Assembly (NCBI GenBank): GCA_965204535.1
Contig: OZ241996.1
Span: 1-64,000 of the forward strand
DNA: 64,000 bases
Direction: 5' to 3'
Origin: a bacterium
GTDB taxonomy: Bacteria; UBA8248
The number at the start of each line of letters is the position of its first letter. The first letter of the stretch is position 1. The notes under the pieces were generated by a model. It did no database searches and was not told the DNA's origin. It worked only from the letters and a program-made list of their open reading frames with translations. This document shows positions 42,833 through 51,536 of this stretch, piece by piece. A program made the position numbers and the translations under genes.

Positions 42833-43244
42833 AGAAGGTCTGTCAACTTTCCTTTATAATTCCCATATTTACCGCATTTTTCAGGTATTCCAAATCCGTG
42901 TGCGCGCTCGCGCCGTGCGAGGATTTCACCGCTCCGCCGTGATGGCGGACGTGCATGTAGCACGAAGGGTTCAACCGCTTCGAGCGCGTCGCCGCGTCCG
43001 GCCGCAGCGAGGGATTCTCCCGGTTCGCCGGGATGAAAGCATCGCCTGTGATTGCCTTCGTCATCGCCACTTCCTCATGAAGACCGCGCGGGTTCGACCG
43101 TCCGGGCCGATCAGCCGCCTCTCCCCCGTGGAGAGAGCGGGCCGCTTCGCCAATCTAGCGAAACCCCCGCCGCGCGCCCTAACGCCAATTGCGGGGAAAT
43201 GCGTACAAACTCGACTGAGGCGGGGCTGTTGAACAAGCCCTTCT

Positions 43245-43284
43245 CCGCCTCATCCTGAGTAGCGGCGGAGCCGCGTATCGAAGG
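43245..43284. repeat. 40-bp hairpin repeat CCGCCTCATCCTGAGTAGCGGC...CGAAGG
   Basis: 39/40 identical to 51337-51376; an inverted relative lies at 51430-51468. Confidence 0.8.
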
Positions 43285-43350
43285 ATGTCCTCTCGTCCGC
43301 CTGGATTCGGGCGTCGTTACGGAGACGGCTGATGCGGTTCACCACGAAGC

Positions 43351-43589
43351 CGTCATTCCGGTGTCGGAGCCGACCAATGCGGGAGGATTGGACGGAATCC
43401 ATTTTGACTTTTCACCGGGCGGGGCGGCCACGACCTTGTTGTTGCGCGGCGTCCGGATGTGGAATTCAGAAAGTTCGCCTTTCGTTTTCGTGTTCGACTC
43501 CGATCCCCTCCGCCCGGGCGTAAAGCCGTCCGAACGAGGAGGCGAAAAGGCAAAAGCGAAAATGGATTCCGGCTTTCGCCGGAATGACG
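43351..43589. mobile_element. MITE-like element with GTCATTCCGG termini, copy 1
   Basis: Diverged inverted copy of 51080-51294; left arm interrupted by extra sequence. Confidence 0.75.
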
Positions 43590-43697
43590 AACATCCAGGT
43601 TGTTCTCACCTTGGCAGGAAATGTATACCTCTCTGCAGGGACAGGCTGCGGCCTCCCCTACGGGTGAATCCGAACTTGCTTCAGGGCAACGCCACCC

Positions 43698-44861
43698 CTA
43701 CCTTACAGGCGTCATCCTGTAGACCGCTTCCCTCTCTTCCGAGAGAAACCACAGCGTCCCGTCGGGCGCTTCCTGGACGTCGCGCACGCGGCCCGTCTCG
43801 GGGAACGCGAGCCGTTCGACCTCTCTCAAGCCGCCTTTCGGGTCCAGGCGGGAGATATAATCGAACTTGAGGGAGGAGACGAAGAAATGCCCGCGCCAAA
43901 CCGGCCACAGCTTGCCTGAATAGATCGCCATCCCGCAGGGGGCGATGGAGGGGTCCCAGTAGAAATCGGGCTGTTCCATGCCCTCTTTCGCCACGCCAAC
44001 GCCGATCTTCCCGCCCCAGTAGTGCCGCCCGTAGGCGATGACGGGCCATCCGTAGTTCGCACCCTTCCTGACCCGGTTTATCTCGTCTCCGCCCCGCGCG
44101 CCGTGCTCGACGGCCCAGAGCGCGCCCGCCGCATCGAGCGCGGCGCCCTGGGGGTTCCTGTGGCCCCACGACCATATCTCGGGCCGCGCTCCCGCTTGTC
44201 CGACAAATGGATTGTCCTTGGGAACGCTCCCGTCGCGCCGGATGCGGACGATCTTGCCGTGGTGGAGCGAGAGGTCCTGCGACTTGTCGGGGTCGCCCCG
44301 CTCGCCCAAAGTGAGAAAGAGCGTCCCGTCCGGCGCCTCCACGACCCTGGAACCGAAATGCCGCCAGCCCGAGGCGGGCGCCGCCATCTCGAAGATGACG
44401 CGCAGGTTCTCGAGCTTTCGGTTGTCGCGTGAAAGCGCGGCGACGGCGAGCGCCGTGCCCGCCCCGCCAGGGTAAGGTTTCGAGTAGGTGAGGAAAATCT
44501 CGCGGGTTTCGGGGAAATCTTGTGCTGCGGCGACGTCCATCAGTCCGCCCTGCCCCCACGCATAGACTTGCGGGACGCCCGAAACTTTCATTCCGCGACG
44601 CGCGGAGTCAAAATGAAAAAGTGAGCCGCCGCGCTCGGTGACAAGAAACGCCCCGCCCGGCAGGAATGTAATCCCCCAGGGGGTGTCGAGATTTCCCGCC
44701 ATCTTCTCGACAGAAACCGGGCCCGCCGCCGTCTGGCGCACCGCCGCCCATCCCGGCGCGGCGGAGAGTGCGATGAGCAGCAAAGCGATGAGGCAGGACA
44801 ATGCCGCCGGACGCCTCTTTGACCCAAGGGCAAGCATTGCATTCATCCATAATGTTTTCAT
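43698..44861 (-). CDS. PQQ-dependent sugar dehydrogenase (YliI/GSDH family)
   Basis: Signal peptide, GQGGLMDV, HFGSR, GHRNPQG, EHGARGGDEIN, GRVRDV; GGAGG RBS. Confidence 0.92.
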   Translation of the reverse strand: MKTLWMNAMLALGSKRRPAALSCLIALLLIALSAAPGWAAVRQTAAGPVSVEKMAGNLDTPWGITFLPGGAFLVTERGGSLFHFDSARRGMKVSGVPQVYAWGQGGLMDVAAAQDFPETREIFLTYSKPYPGGAGTALAVAALSRDNRKLENLRVIFEMAAPASGWRHFGSRVVEAPDGTLFLTLGERGDPDKSQDLSLHHGKIVRIRRDGSVPKDNPFVGQAGARPEIWSWGHRNPQGAALDAAGALWAVEHGARGGDEINRVRKGANYGWPVIAYGRHYWGGKIGVGVAKEGMEQPDFYWDPSIAPCGMAIYSGKLWPVWRGHFFVSSLKFDYISRLDPKGGLREVERLAFPETGRVRDVQEAPDGTLWFLSEEREAVYRMTPVR

Positions 44862-44918
44862 GATCTCCCTCCCGGCGGCCTGGAGGCGATTTTAACGCGG
44901 AAGAAAGGTTGGGTGCCA

Positions 44919-44965
44919 GTAGCGACAGGCCTATGCGCCTGTCGGAGGTCGCGACCTGTCCCTAC
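44919..44965. repeat. GTAG-REP element
   Basis: Same architecture as 340-386, ending GAGGTCGCGACCTGTCCCTAC. Confidence 0.8.
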
Positions 44966-44989
44966 AGATTCATGCTGAAATTCGCTTGC

Positions 44990-45018
44990 TTGACACAATA
45001 CATTTATGTAGCTACATT
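44990..45018 (+). promoter_or_regulatory. brnTA promoter with overlapping operator palindrome
   Basis: TTGACA-17-TACATT; palindrome ATGTAGCTACAT at 45006-45017. Confidence 0.65.
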
Positions 45019-45044
45019 ATAGAAGCTACAAAGGAGCTGGGTCG

Positions 45045-45335
45045 TTGCGCTGGGAATGGGATGATGACAAGAATCGCGCGAACAGGCGCAAGCATGGCCT
45101 CGGCTTCGAGACGGCGAGGCTCGTGTTCGACGACCCGCTGATGGCCCACCGCCCGGACCCGAACCCGAACGAGGAGCGGTGGCACACCATCGGGATGATC
45201 GGGGGCGTGGTCGTCATCGTGGCGCATACATGGCCTGAACCAGAGGACGAAACCGGCGTCGAGACGGGCCGCATCATCAGCGCCAGAAAAGCCACGGCGC
45301 GCGAGAGGAGAGCCTATGAGCAAGGGAGCTTCTAA
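45045..45335 (+). CDS. brnT: BrnT family toxin
   Basis: WEWDDDKNRANRRKHGLGFE, EERW, RIISARKAT. Confidence 0.93.
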   Translation: MRWEWDDDKNRANRRKHGLGFETARLVFDDPLMAHRPDPNPNEERWHTIGMIGGVVVIVAHTWPEPEDETGVETGRIISARKATARERRAYEQGSF

Positions 45336-45606
45336 AGAACTCACCGGGGAGCAGAAGGCGGAAATCGAGGCGCTCGCCGCCCTTCCCGAAGAAGAGATAG
45401 ACACGAGCGACATCCCTGAAATTCTGGACTGGACGGACGCCAGGCGCGGCCTGCTCTACCGGCCCGTGAAGAAGCAGATCACGCTCAGGCTCGACGCCGA
45501 CGTGGTGGCGTGGTTCCGGGCGAACGCCCCGAACGGACGGGGATACCAGACCGAGATGAACCGCGTGCTCCGAGAACACGCCACGAGGGTCTCGAAGCGG
45601 ACGTGA
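45316..45606 (+). CDS. brnA: BrnA family antitoxin
   Basis: IDTSDIPE, RPVKKQITLRLDADVVAWFR..GYQT. Confidence 0.93.
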   Translation: MSKGASKELTGEQKAEIEALAALPEEEIDTSDIPEILDWTDARRGLLYRPVKKQITLRLDADVVAWFRANAPNGRGYQTEMNRVLREHATRVSKRT

Positions 45607-45873
45607 ACGGAGCGTCGTTGAGATTTTCGGCTTTGATTATAATTGCGGCAACATTTCCGACCGGGGGATCGCAATCTGTCGCACCGCCGTTCACCAGACG
45701 CGACGGAAAGCGCGAGGAGCAGCAAAGCGAGAAGCCAGATCGAGACCGCCGCACGCCTCCTGATCCTCCGAGTAGGCATTTTATGCTTTAAGATTTAAGA
45801 AAGATTTCATGCGCGCTCGCGCGGCGCCACATCAGACCTCCAGGCAAGATTTTGTCGTAGTATCGATCTCTTT

Positions 45874-46497
45874 TCAGATTTTTCCCTGGGGCGGAAACCA
45901 ATTACCGAGAATACTTTTGAGTTCCAGAAAAGCCGTGTCTTGGCATCGACGAAGGGAAACCCTTTCTGCAATCTGTAGATATAGAGATGCGCTGCGAGGT
46001 TTTTGCGCTTCCCGCAAGGCTGCTTTGAAAGCCTCTTTGGGCCGCCTGGGCTTGGCCTCACCTTCTTGTAAATATCCTTGTCCCGCCAACCAGCGGCGAA
46101 GGCCGGGCTCCCGGCCTCGCCATCCCGTCACCGCGTCGACGTGAGGAGAGTCGCCCCAAATCCATACCTCCAGTTCAGGAGCAAGCACGAGAGCCTTGGC
46201 CCGTTCGCCCCAAGCCGATCTGGCGAATTCCTCGTTGAGGCTCTCTTGCAACTCCAAGGGCGTCATATCCTCCTTTCCACTCCCTTTATGATCAAAGATG
46301 AGCAAACCGTAGCGATACTGTTTCGAAAAAATAGAAATGAGATCAACGCCCCGTACCGCGCATGCAGAATCGTGTTGCGGCTCTACAAAGATTTCCGCTT
46401 CGACGGTTCGAATGCCCAGCGCCTCCGGTCTTGCGAGCAATCCCCTCAGCGCGTATTCTAGGTCTTTGTCGGCGACGAGAATGACCAGGTCTTTCAA
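45874..46497 (-). CDS. ATPase partner protein, MAD4-like (possible TOPRIM-like fold)
   Basis: KDLVILVADKD, FDH.GSG, PELEVWIW, PKEA; TTG start overlaps the ATPase TGA; family recalled from memory. Confidence 0.65.
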   Translation of the reverse strand: MKDLVILVADKDLEYALRGLLARPEALGIRTVEAEIFVEPQHDSACAVRGVDLISIFSKQYRYGLLIFDHKGSGKEDMTPLELQESLNEEFARSAWGERAKALVLAPELEVWIWGDSPHVDAVTGWRGREPGLRRWLAGQGYLQEGEAKPRRPKEAFKAALREAQKPRSASLYLQIAERVSLRRCQDTAFLELKSILGNWFPPQGKI

Positions 46498-47753
46498 CCC
46501 AAAACTCCCGAAGCGAGCAACGTCCCCAGATCGGCCTCTCCATGCCACTGCTGCAGTTTGGGATGGTTGGAACCGAGAACGATATCCGTCGCTCCCGCAT
46601 CATCCTTGGCGAAGCACAACACGTCATTCATCTCCGCCGCGTTTAAGACTACCGGCGAATGAGTCGCCAGCAGGACTTGGGCCGCATACACCGAGGAGAG
46701 TGAATCATAAACCGTCGCCACGGCGCGTGGATGGATGCCGTTTTCCGGCTCTTCGATCAGATATATCCCCTTCAGATCATCAAGATACGCCGGCAAGGTC
46801 AGCGCCGTAAGCCGGAGCGTGCCATCGGACACCATCCAGGAAGGGACTTTCAGCCCGCCTCTATACTCATAGACCATGTAGCGATGTTTGTCCTCCGGCC
46901 GCTCAATGGTCGTGATGTCTGCGAGATCATCCAGCGCCGTCCGAAGATGCGCAATCCATTCGCCATACCTTTGCTCGTCTTCTTGCAGCAAGCGGTCAAC
47001 AACCCAGGGCAAATTCGAGCCGTCGGGCAAGAAACCCGTAACTCGGGTCGGCGGACTGGGTTGTTTGATCGCATGACTGTTAAGAACGAACTGCTGGACT
47101 CCGGTTTCCAGATATTCTCGAAACCACGTGGCCACCGGAAGTGACTTCTCGTCCGCCGGAAGGTTGCCGAGCGCCGACTTTTGCGGCCCCAGCTTGAACG
47201 ATGGGGCCCAGCCCTTTCCTCCCTTTGGGTAGGTCTCATTGTAAAAATTGTCATTCCCTCCCGGCACTTTATTGACCACGGTCTTGTAGTTAGGTCCGGT
47301 TTTTGTCAGGAGCGACGCCGGCGCGTCAGGAGACATGGGGAATAGCGAACGCTGGGATGGCTTGAACTCCCGGGTTTTCTTGAACAAGAACTTCTCCGCC
47401 TTGAACTCGAACTGGCGCTTTGTTTCATCGAAACCGATAGCCACTTCATACCGCGCGGTTCCCATCTCCGGTTTCGCCGTTCGCTCGCGCAACTCATCGG
47501 GTATACGGGCCTCGACGGCCAGTTCCAGCTTCTCTCCCTGACGCCGAAAGAGGAGTTCTTCCGGATTCGTGGTTCGGCTGGATAACGCCTCATCCAATCC
47601 CCCGGACACTAAATCCCGAAGAAAGCCGACGACGTCGAGAAAGGTCGTCTTGCCGCTGGCGTTCGGTCCGACCAGAACGTGAAACGGCTCAAGAGGTCTC
47701 GACACGTACCGCAAGCATCGATAATTCAAGGCTTCAATCAGTGTAATCATCAA
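46494..47753 (-). CDS. ABC/AAA_21-type ATPase, MAD3-like
   Basis: NYRCLR, GPNASGKT Walker A, SDGTLR signature, LIEEPENGIHP Walker B, ATHSP. Confidence 0.85.
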   Translation of the reverse strand: MMITLIEALNYRCLRYVSRPLEPFHVLVGPNASGKTTFLDVVGFLRDLVSGGLDEALSSRTTNPEELLFRRQGEKLELAVEARIPDELRERTAKPEMGTARYEVAIGFDETKRQFEFKAEKFLFKKTREFKPSQRSLFPMSPDAPASLLTKTGPNYKTVVNKVPGGNDNFYNETYPKGGKGWAPSFKLGPQKSALGNLPADEKSLPVATWFREYLETGVQQFVLNSHAIKQPSPPTRVTGFLPDGSNLPWVVDRLLQEDEQRYGEWIAHLRTALDDLADITTIERPEDKHRYMVYEYRGGLKVPSWMVSDGTLRLTALTLPAYLDDLKGIYLIEEPENGIHPRAVATVYDSLSSVYAAQVLLATHSPVVLNAAEMNDVLCFAKDDAGATDIVLGSNHPKLQQWHGEADLGTLLASGVLG

Positions 47754-47807
47754 ATTGTTCCGTCTTAGATTTCTTGGGTGTGGCGTTTAGCATGGTCCGA
47801 TTCTCTC

Positions 47808-47835
47808 GTAGGGACAGGTCGCGACCTGTCCCTAC
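47808..47835. repeat. Perfect 28-bp GTAG palindrome
   Basis: GTAGGGACAGGTCGCGACCTGTCCCTAC. Confidence 0.85.
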
Positions 47836-47888
47836 CCATCACGGCTACGCAAAACTCGCTACGCCGTCTTCCCTGCCCCTACGAAACC

Positions 47889-48197
47889 CTACGCCGTCGC
47901 CTCCTCCCGCAGTGGCTTCGTATACGCGATGGCCGCCACGTCGAAGTATTCGAGGCTCGCGTTGTTCGCCCGGCGGAAGCTGCGCTGCTTTTCGGAGTTG
48001 AACCAGGCGTCGGCGGTGGCCTTGTCCTCGAAGTGGTAGACGGACGCCATGCGGCCCGTCTCCTCGTTCATGCCCCAGGTCTTGTCGATGAGGCCGGGCA
48101 CCTCGTTCTCGAAAAAGGCGGCGGCCTGCTCCTTGTCCGCGCGGACCTCGGCGAGCGTGGGCGCGACAGCGGGATAGTGTAGAATGACCATCATCAT
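47889..48197 (-). CDS. YdhR-like dimeric alpha/beta-barrel protein
   Basis: VPGLIDKTW..SVYHFEDKATADAW; GAGGAGG RBS. Confidence 0.7.
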   Translation of the reverse strand: MMMVILHYPAVAPTLAEVRADKEQAAAFFENEVPGLIDKTWGMNEETGRMASVYHFEDKATADAWFNSEKQRSFRRANNASLEYFDVAAIAYTKPLREEATA

Positions 48198-48369
48198 GGT
48201 GGCGTCCTCCTCAGGATGTCTGAAAACCGAAACGGGTTATCTCTTGCGTTTATTTTGCGTGAAATGATAGCCCAGAGGGGCGATTCCGCCAAACGCAGGC
48301 GGAGCGAGCGCGCGGGAGCCGAAAATCCCGGAAAGCGGGGAAACCTCAAGCGAAAAGGAGTATGAAGCA

Positions 48370-49317
48370 ATGAGCGAGGCGGCGTATCGGGAGATGTACG
48401 AGAGGGCGCGGGTGAACCTCGAAAAATCGGGCGGGGGAAACCCCTACGACATTCTGGGGCCGGATCTGCCCGGCACGCAGACGGCGCTCGCGGGATTCAC
48501 GCGCTTTGGCCTGAAGATGCGCCTGATGCTCACCGATTCCGCCGACACCGAATTCGATTTTCTGGGCAAGAAGCTCAAAAGCCCCATCATGACGGGTTCG
48601 ATGAGCGCGAACACGCTGGCCGCCCACTGGGCGGACGGGTTTCTGCAGGTCGCCAGGGGCGCCGCGCGCTTCGGGACCCAGTACTGGATAGGCGACTGTT
48701 CGGATGACGCTTGGCGCGAAACGGCCGCCGCACATCCTTCCGCGATCCGCATCGTGAAGCCCTGGCGCGACAGGCAGCGCACGCTCACCTCGCTCAAACT
48801 CGCCGAAGACACCGGCGCCTTCGCCGTGGGCATGGATTTCGAGTCCGGCTTTTACAACCCCGAATGCGAACCCCAGAGAGCGGACGCGCTCGAGGGCTAT
48901 ATAAACGCCACCGGGCTTCCCTTCGTATTCAAGGCGGTGGGCTCGGCCGAGACGGCTCGCATTGCGCGCGATGCCGGGACCGCGGCCATCATCGTCACCA
49001 CGCACGGGGGCGCACACGGGTCCTCCTGGGCGCATCCCATGGAAATCCTGCCCGAAGTCGTGGACGCCGTGGGGGACGACATGCTGATCCTGGCCGAAAG
49101 CGGCGTCCGTAGAGGCGACGACGTTTTGAAGCTGCTCGCGCGGGGCGCGAAGGGCGTCACCTCGGGACGTGCGCTCGTGCTCGGCCTGTTCGCGAACGGC
49201 CCCGCCGGCGTGGCGGAGATGCTCGAACTCATGCAGGCGGAACTCGAAAAATCCATGGTGCTGGCGGGCTGTAAGGATTTGGCTTCGATTTCGGGGGATA
49301 TCCTGATTGAGAGGTGA
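48370..49317 (+). CDS. FMN-dependent alpha-hydroxy acid oxidase-like protein
   Basis: FLGKKLKSPIM, PFVFK, HGG, ESGVRRGDDVLKLLARGA..GR. Confidence 0.82.
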   Translation: MSEAAYREMYERARVNLEKSGGGNPYDILGPDLPGTQTALAGFTRFGLKMRLMLTDSADTEFDFLGKKLKSPIMTGSMSANTLAAHWADGFLQVARGAARFGTQYWIGDCSDDAWRETAAAHPSAIRIVKPWRDRQRTLTSLKLAEDTGAFAVGMDFESGFYNPECEPQRADALEGYINATGLPFVFKAVGSAETARIARDAGTAAIIVTTHGGAHGSSWAHPMEILPEVVDAVGDDMLILAESGVRRGDDVLKLLARGAKGVTSGRALVLGLFANGPAGVAEMLELMQAELEKSMVLAGCKDLASISGDILIER

Positions 49318-49338
49318 AGCAAGAAAGATTCGGAACCC

Positions 49339-49757
49339 GTGGGGACAGGCCCCCGTGCCTGTCCTGATTTATCGACGAACAAAATGGACAACCACGGGGG
49401 GTTGTCCCTACCAACACCACAGCGACAATATCGAAGTGATGGTCGTTATTTTGTAGGGTCGCATATATGCGACCCTGTTTTTGCCTTCCAACGACGGGCC
49501 GCATATATGCGGCCCCTACATACGGGGAAGATAGGGTTTCATGGATCGCCAAGTGAAAAACAAATTCCCTGGATTCCGGCATTCGCCGGAATGACGGCAA
49601 TTTCCAATTCTGGCGTATGGGGAATACGAACCCGTAGGGACAGGCCCCTGTGCCTGTCCTCGTGTGTCGGTCATTATCACCCGTAGGGACAAGGTCGCGA
49701 CCTGTCCCTACAACAATAATGGGCACCTCGTAGGGGCGGTTCGCGAACCGCCCCTAC
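49339..49757. repeat. Dense mixed REP cluster
   Basis: Several GTAG/CTAC hairpin variants, a GGATTCCGGCATTCGCCGGAATGAC hairpin, and perfect palindrome GTAGGGGCGGTTCGCGAACCGCCCCTAC (49730-49757). Confidence 0.85.
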
Positions 49758-49776
49758 GCCATCGCGTTCGGCCCCA

Positions 49777-50868
49777 TCACACCGCATCAGGCAGCAACGG
49801 CAAAAGATATTTAGCGAAATTGCGCGCCTCTTCGTCATGCGGCCAGCCGGAGAGGATGAACGTGGTCGCGCCCAAGTCAATGTATTCGCGCATGGCTTCG
49901 GCCACCACCTCGGGGCTTCCCACGAGCATGGTGCCCGCCCCCTGGCGCACGAGGTTGATGCCTGAGAAAAGCGCGGGCCCGTGCCAGAGCTTCCCCTCCG
50001 CCGTCATGGCGTTCATCCTCTGCTGGGAGACGGATTCCACCTGCCCCGCCACTTCGCCGGTGACGGAGGAACTCTCCCCGTAGGAGGCCGTGCCCGCGAT
50101 GATGGCCTCGGCCTCTTCCTTGGCCTGCGCGTCGTCCTCGCGCACCAGGATGTGGAAGCGCACGCCGAGCCTCAAATCGCGGCCATGCTCCTCGCGCGCC
50201 ATTTTCTTGACCTCTTCGTATTCCTCGGCGATCTGCCAGGGGGGTTCGCCCCATTTGAGGAAAACGTCGGCGTGCTTGGAGATGACCTTCTTGGCCGCCG
50301 GTGAGCTTCCCCCGAAATAAAGCGGGGGGCCGCCTGGACGCGCGGGCCCTGGGAAGACGAAGCCGTCCTCCACCTGGTAATGCGCCCCCTCGTAGTTCAC
50401 CCTCCCCTCGCCGTCCGCCCAGAAGGCGCGCACGATATCCAGAAACTCATCCGCCCGCTCGTAGCGACCGTCATGATCCGCCCAGTCCCCGTAACGCCTT
50501 GCGTCCACCGAGGAGCCGCCGGGCACGACGTTCACCGTCAACCGTCCATCCGAGATGAAGTCGAGCGTGTTCGCCTGCTGCACGGCGAAGGTCGGCGTGG
50601 TGAGGCCGGGCCGTATGGCGACGCAGAATTTTATACTCCGCGTTTCGCGGGCGATCGCAGAGGCCAGGAGCCAGCCGTCCGAACACGAGGTGTTGCACGG
50701 GATGAGCATGTTCGTCAGGCCGCTCGCCTCCGCCGTCTGCGCCACGTGGACGAGATAGTCGATCTCGGGCGGTATCTCCACCTCGCCCGTGCCGAGCCTG
50801 GTGGCGTCGCCCCGTCTGTTCGATGGCAGATACCAGGCGTATTCGATGGGTTGCTGGCCGTTATCCAT
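49777..50868 (-). CDS. LLM-class flavin monooxygenase (SsuD-like)
   Basis: AIRPG, YERADEFL, LYFGGSS, KWGEP, LVGSPE, FILSGWPH. Confidence 0.9.
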   Translation of the reverse strand: MDNGQQPIEYAWYLPSNRRGDATRLGTGEVEIPPEIDYLVHVAQTAEASGLTNMLIPCNTSCSDGWLLASAIARETRSIKFCVAIRPGLTTPTFAVQQANTLDFISDGRLTVNVVPGGSSVDARRYGDWADHDGRYERADEFLDIVRAFWADGEGRVNYEGAHYQVEDGFVFPGPARPGGPPLYFGGSSPAAKKVISKHADVFLKWGEPPWQIAEEYEEVKKMAREEHGRDLRLGVRFHILVREDDAQAKEEAEAIIAGTASYGESSSVTGEVAGQVESVSQQRMNAMTAEGKLWHGPALFSGINLVRQGAGTMLVGSPEVVAEAMREYIDLGATTFILSGWPHDEEARNFAKYLLPLLPDAV

Positions 50869-50964
50869 TGCGTGTGTGTCCTTTATTTCCTGTCACATCA
50901 TTTCGAAACGGAGCGGTTCTTCTTCCGGCGGACAAGTTTGCGAAAAAAAACGCCCCGCCCGCAA

Positions 50965-51522
50965 GGGGGTTGTTGAAAAAATCCTGTGGAGCGATTTTGG
51001 TTGAGCGCACGCTTTTGAAGTTCACTCCCCCCTTGAGGCGGCTGTTGAAAAACCTCTCCTCGTGCAGAATTGGCACCGCCGTCATTCCGGCGAAAGCCGG
51101 AATCCATTTTCGCCTTTGCCTTTTCGCTTCCTCACTCAGACGTCTTTACTCCCGGGCAGGGAGAATCAGAATCAAACACAAAAACGAAAGGCGAATTCTC
51201 TGGATTCCGCGTCCGGACGCCTCGCAACAACAAGGTCGTGGCCGCTCCGCCCGGTGAAAAGTCAAAATGGATTCCGGCTTTCGCCGGAATGACGAACAAA
51301 CCCACACCGCCTCATTCTGCGCGGCAGTGTTCCCATCCGCCTCATCCTGAGTAGCGGCGAAGCCGCGTATCGAAGGTCAAACGCGATTGATGAATGAGCG
51401 TTTGTTTTCGTCCCGACGCAAGCCCTCGCCCTTCGATACGCCGCCTTCGGCGGCTACTCAGGGTGAGGAAAGAGGGGTTGGCGGTTGCCAGGGGACGCAT
51501 ACGGGGCTTTTTCAACAACTCC
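50965..51522. repeat. Nested MITE/REP cluster
   Basis: (G/C)TGTTGAAAAA-type ends at about 50966 and 51040, TTTTTCAACAAC at about 51508, enclosing 51080-51294 and the 51337/51430 hairpin pair. Confidence 0.75.
51080..51294. mobile_element. 215-bp MITE-like element with perfect 31-bp TIRs, copy 2
   Basis: CGTCATTCCGGCGAAAGCCGGAATCCATTTT and its exact reverse complement at 51264-51294. Confidence 0.8.
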
Positions 51523-51536
51523 GACAGGATGCGGGA

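Larger units (their letters stand above)
38425..42864. mobile_element. IS1595-family transposon with passenger genes (4,440 bp)
   Basis: 26-bp TIRs at 38425-38450 and 42839-42864 (25/26 match); ATATTTAC duplicated at 38417-38424 and 42865-42872; AT-rich interior; transposase inside. Confidence 0.95.

Noticed and set aside
42843-43070. 75-aa ORF as a gene disrupted by the transposon
   Set aside because: The frame continues across the empty site but has no recognisable motif; the region looks like a non-coding repeat
49318-49776. CRISPR array or integron attC array interpretation of the repeat clusters
   Set aside because: Repeats are heterogeneous and irregularly spaced, adjacent genes face both ways, and no cas or integrase gene is in the window
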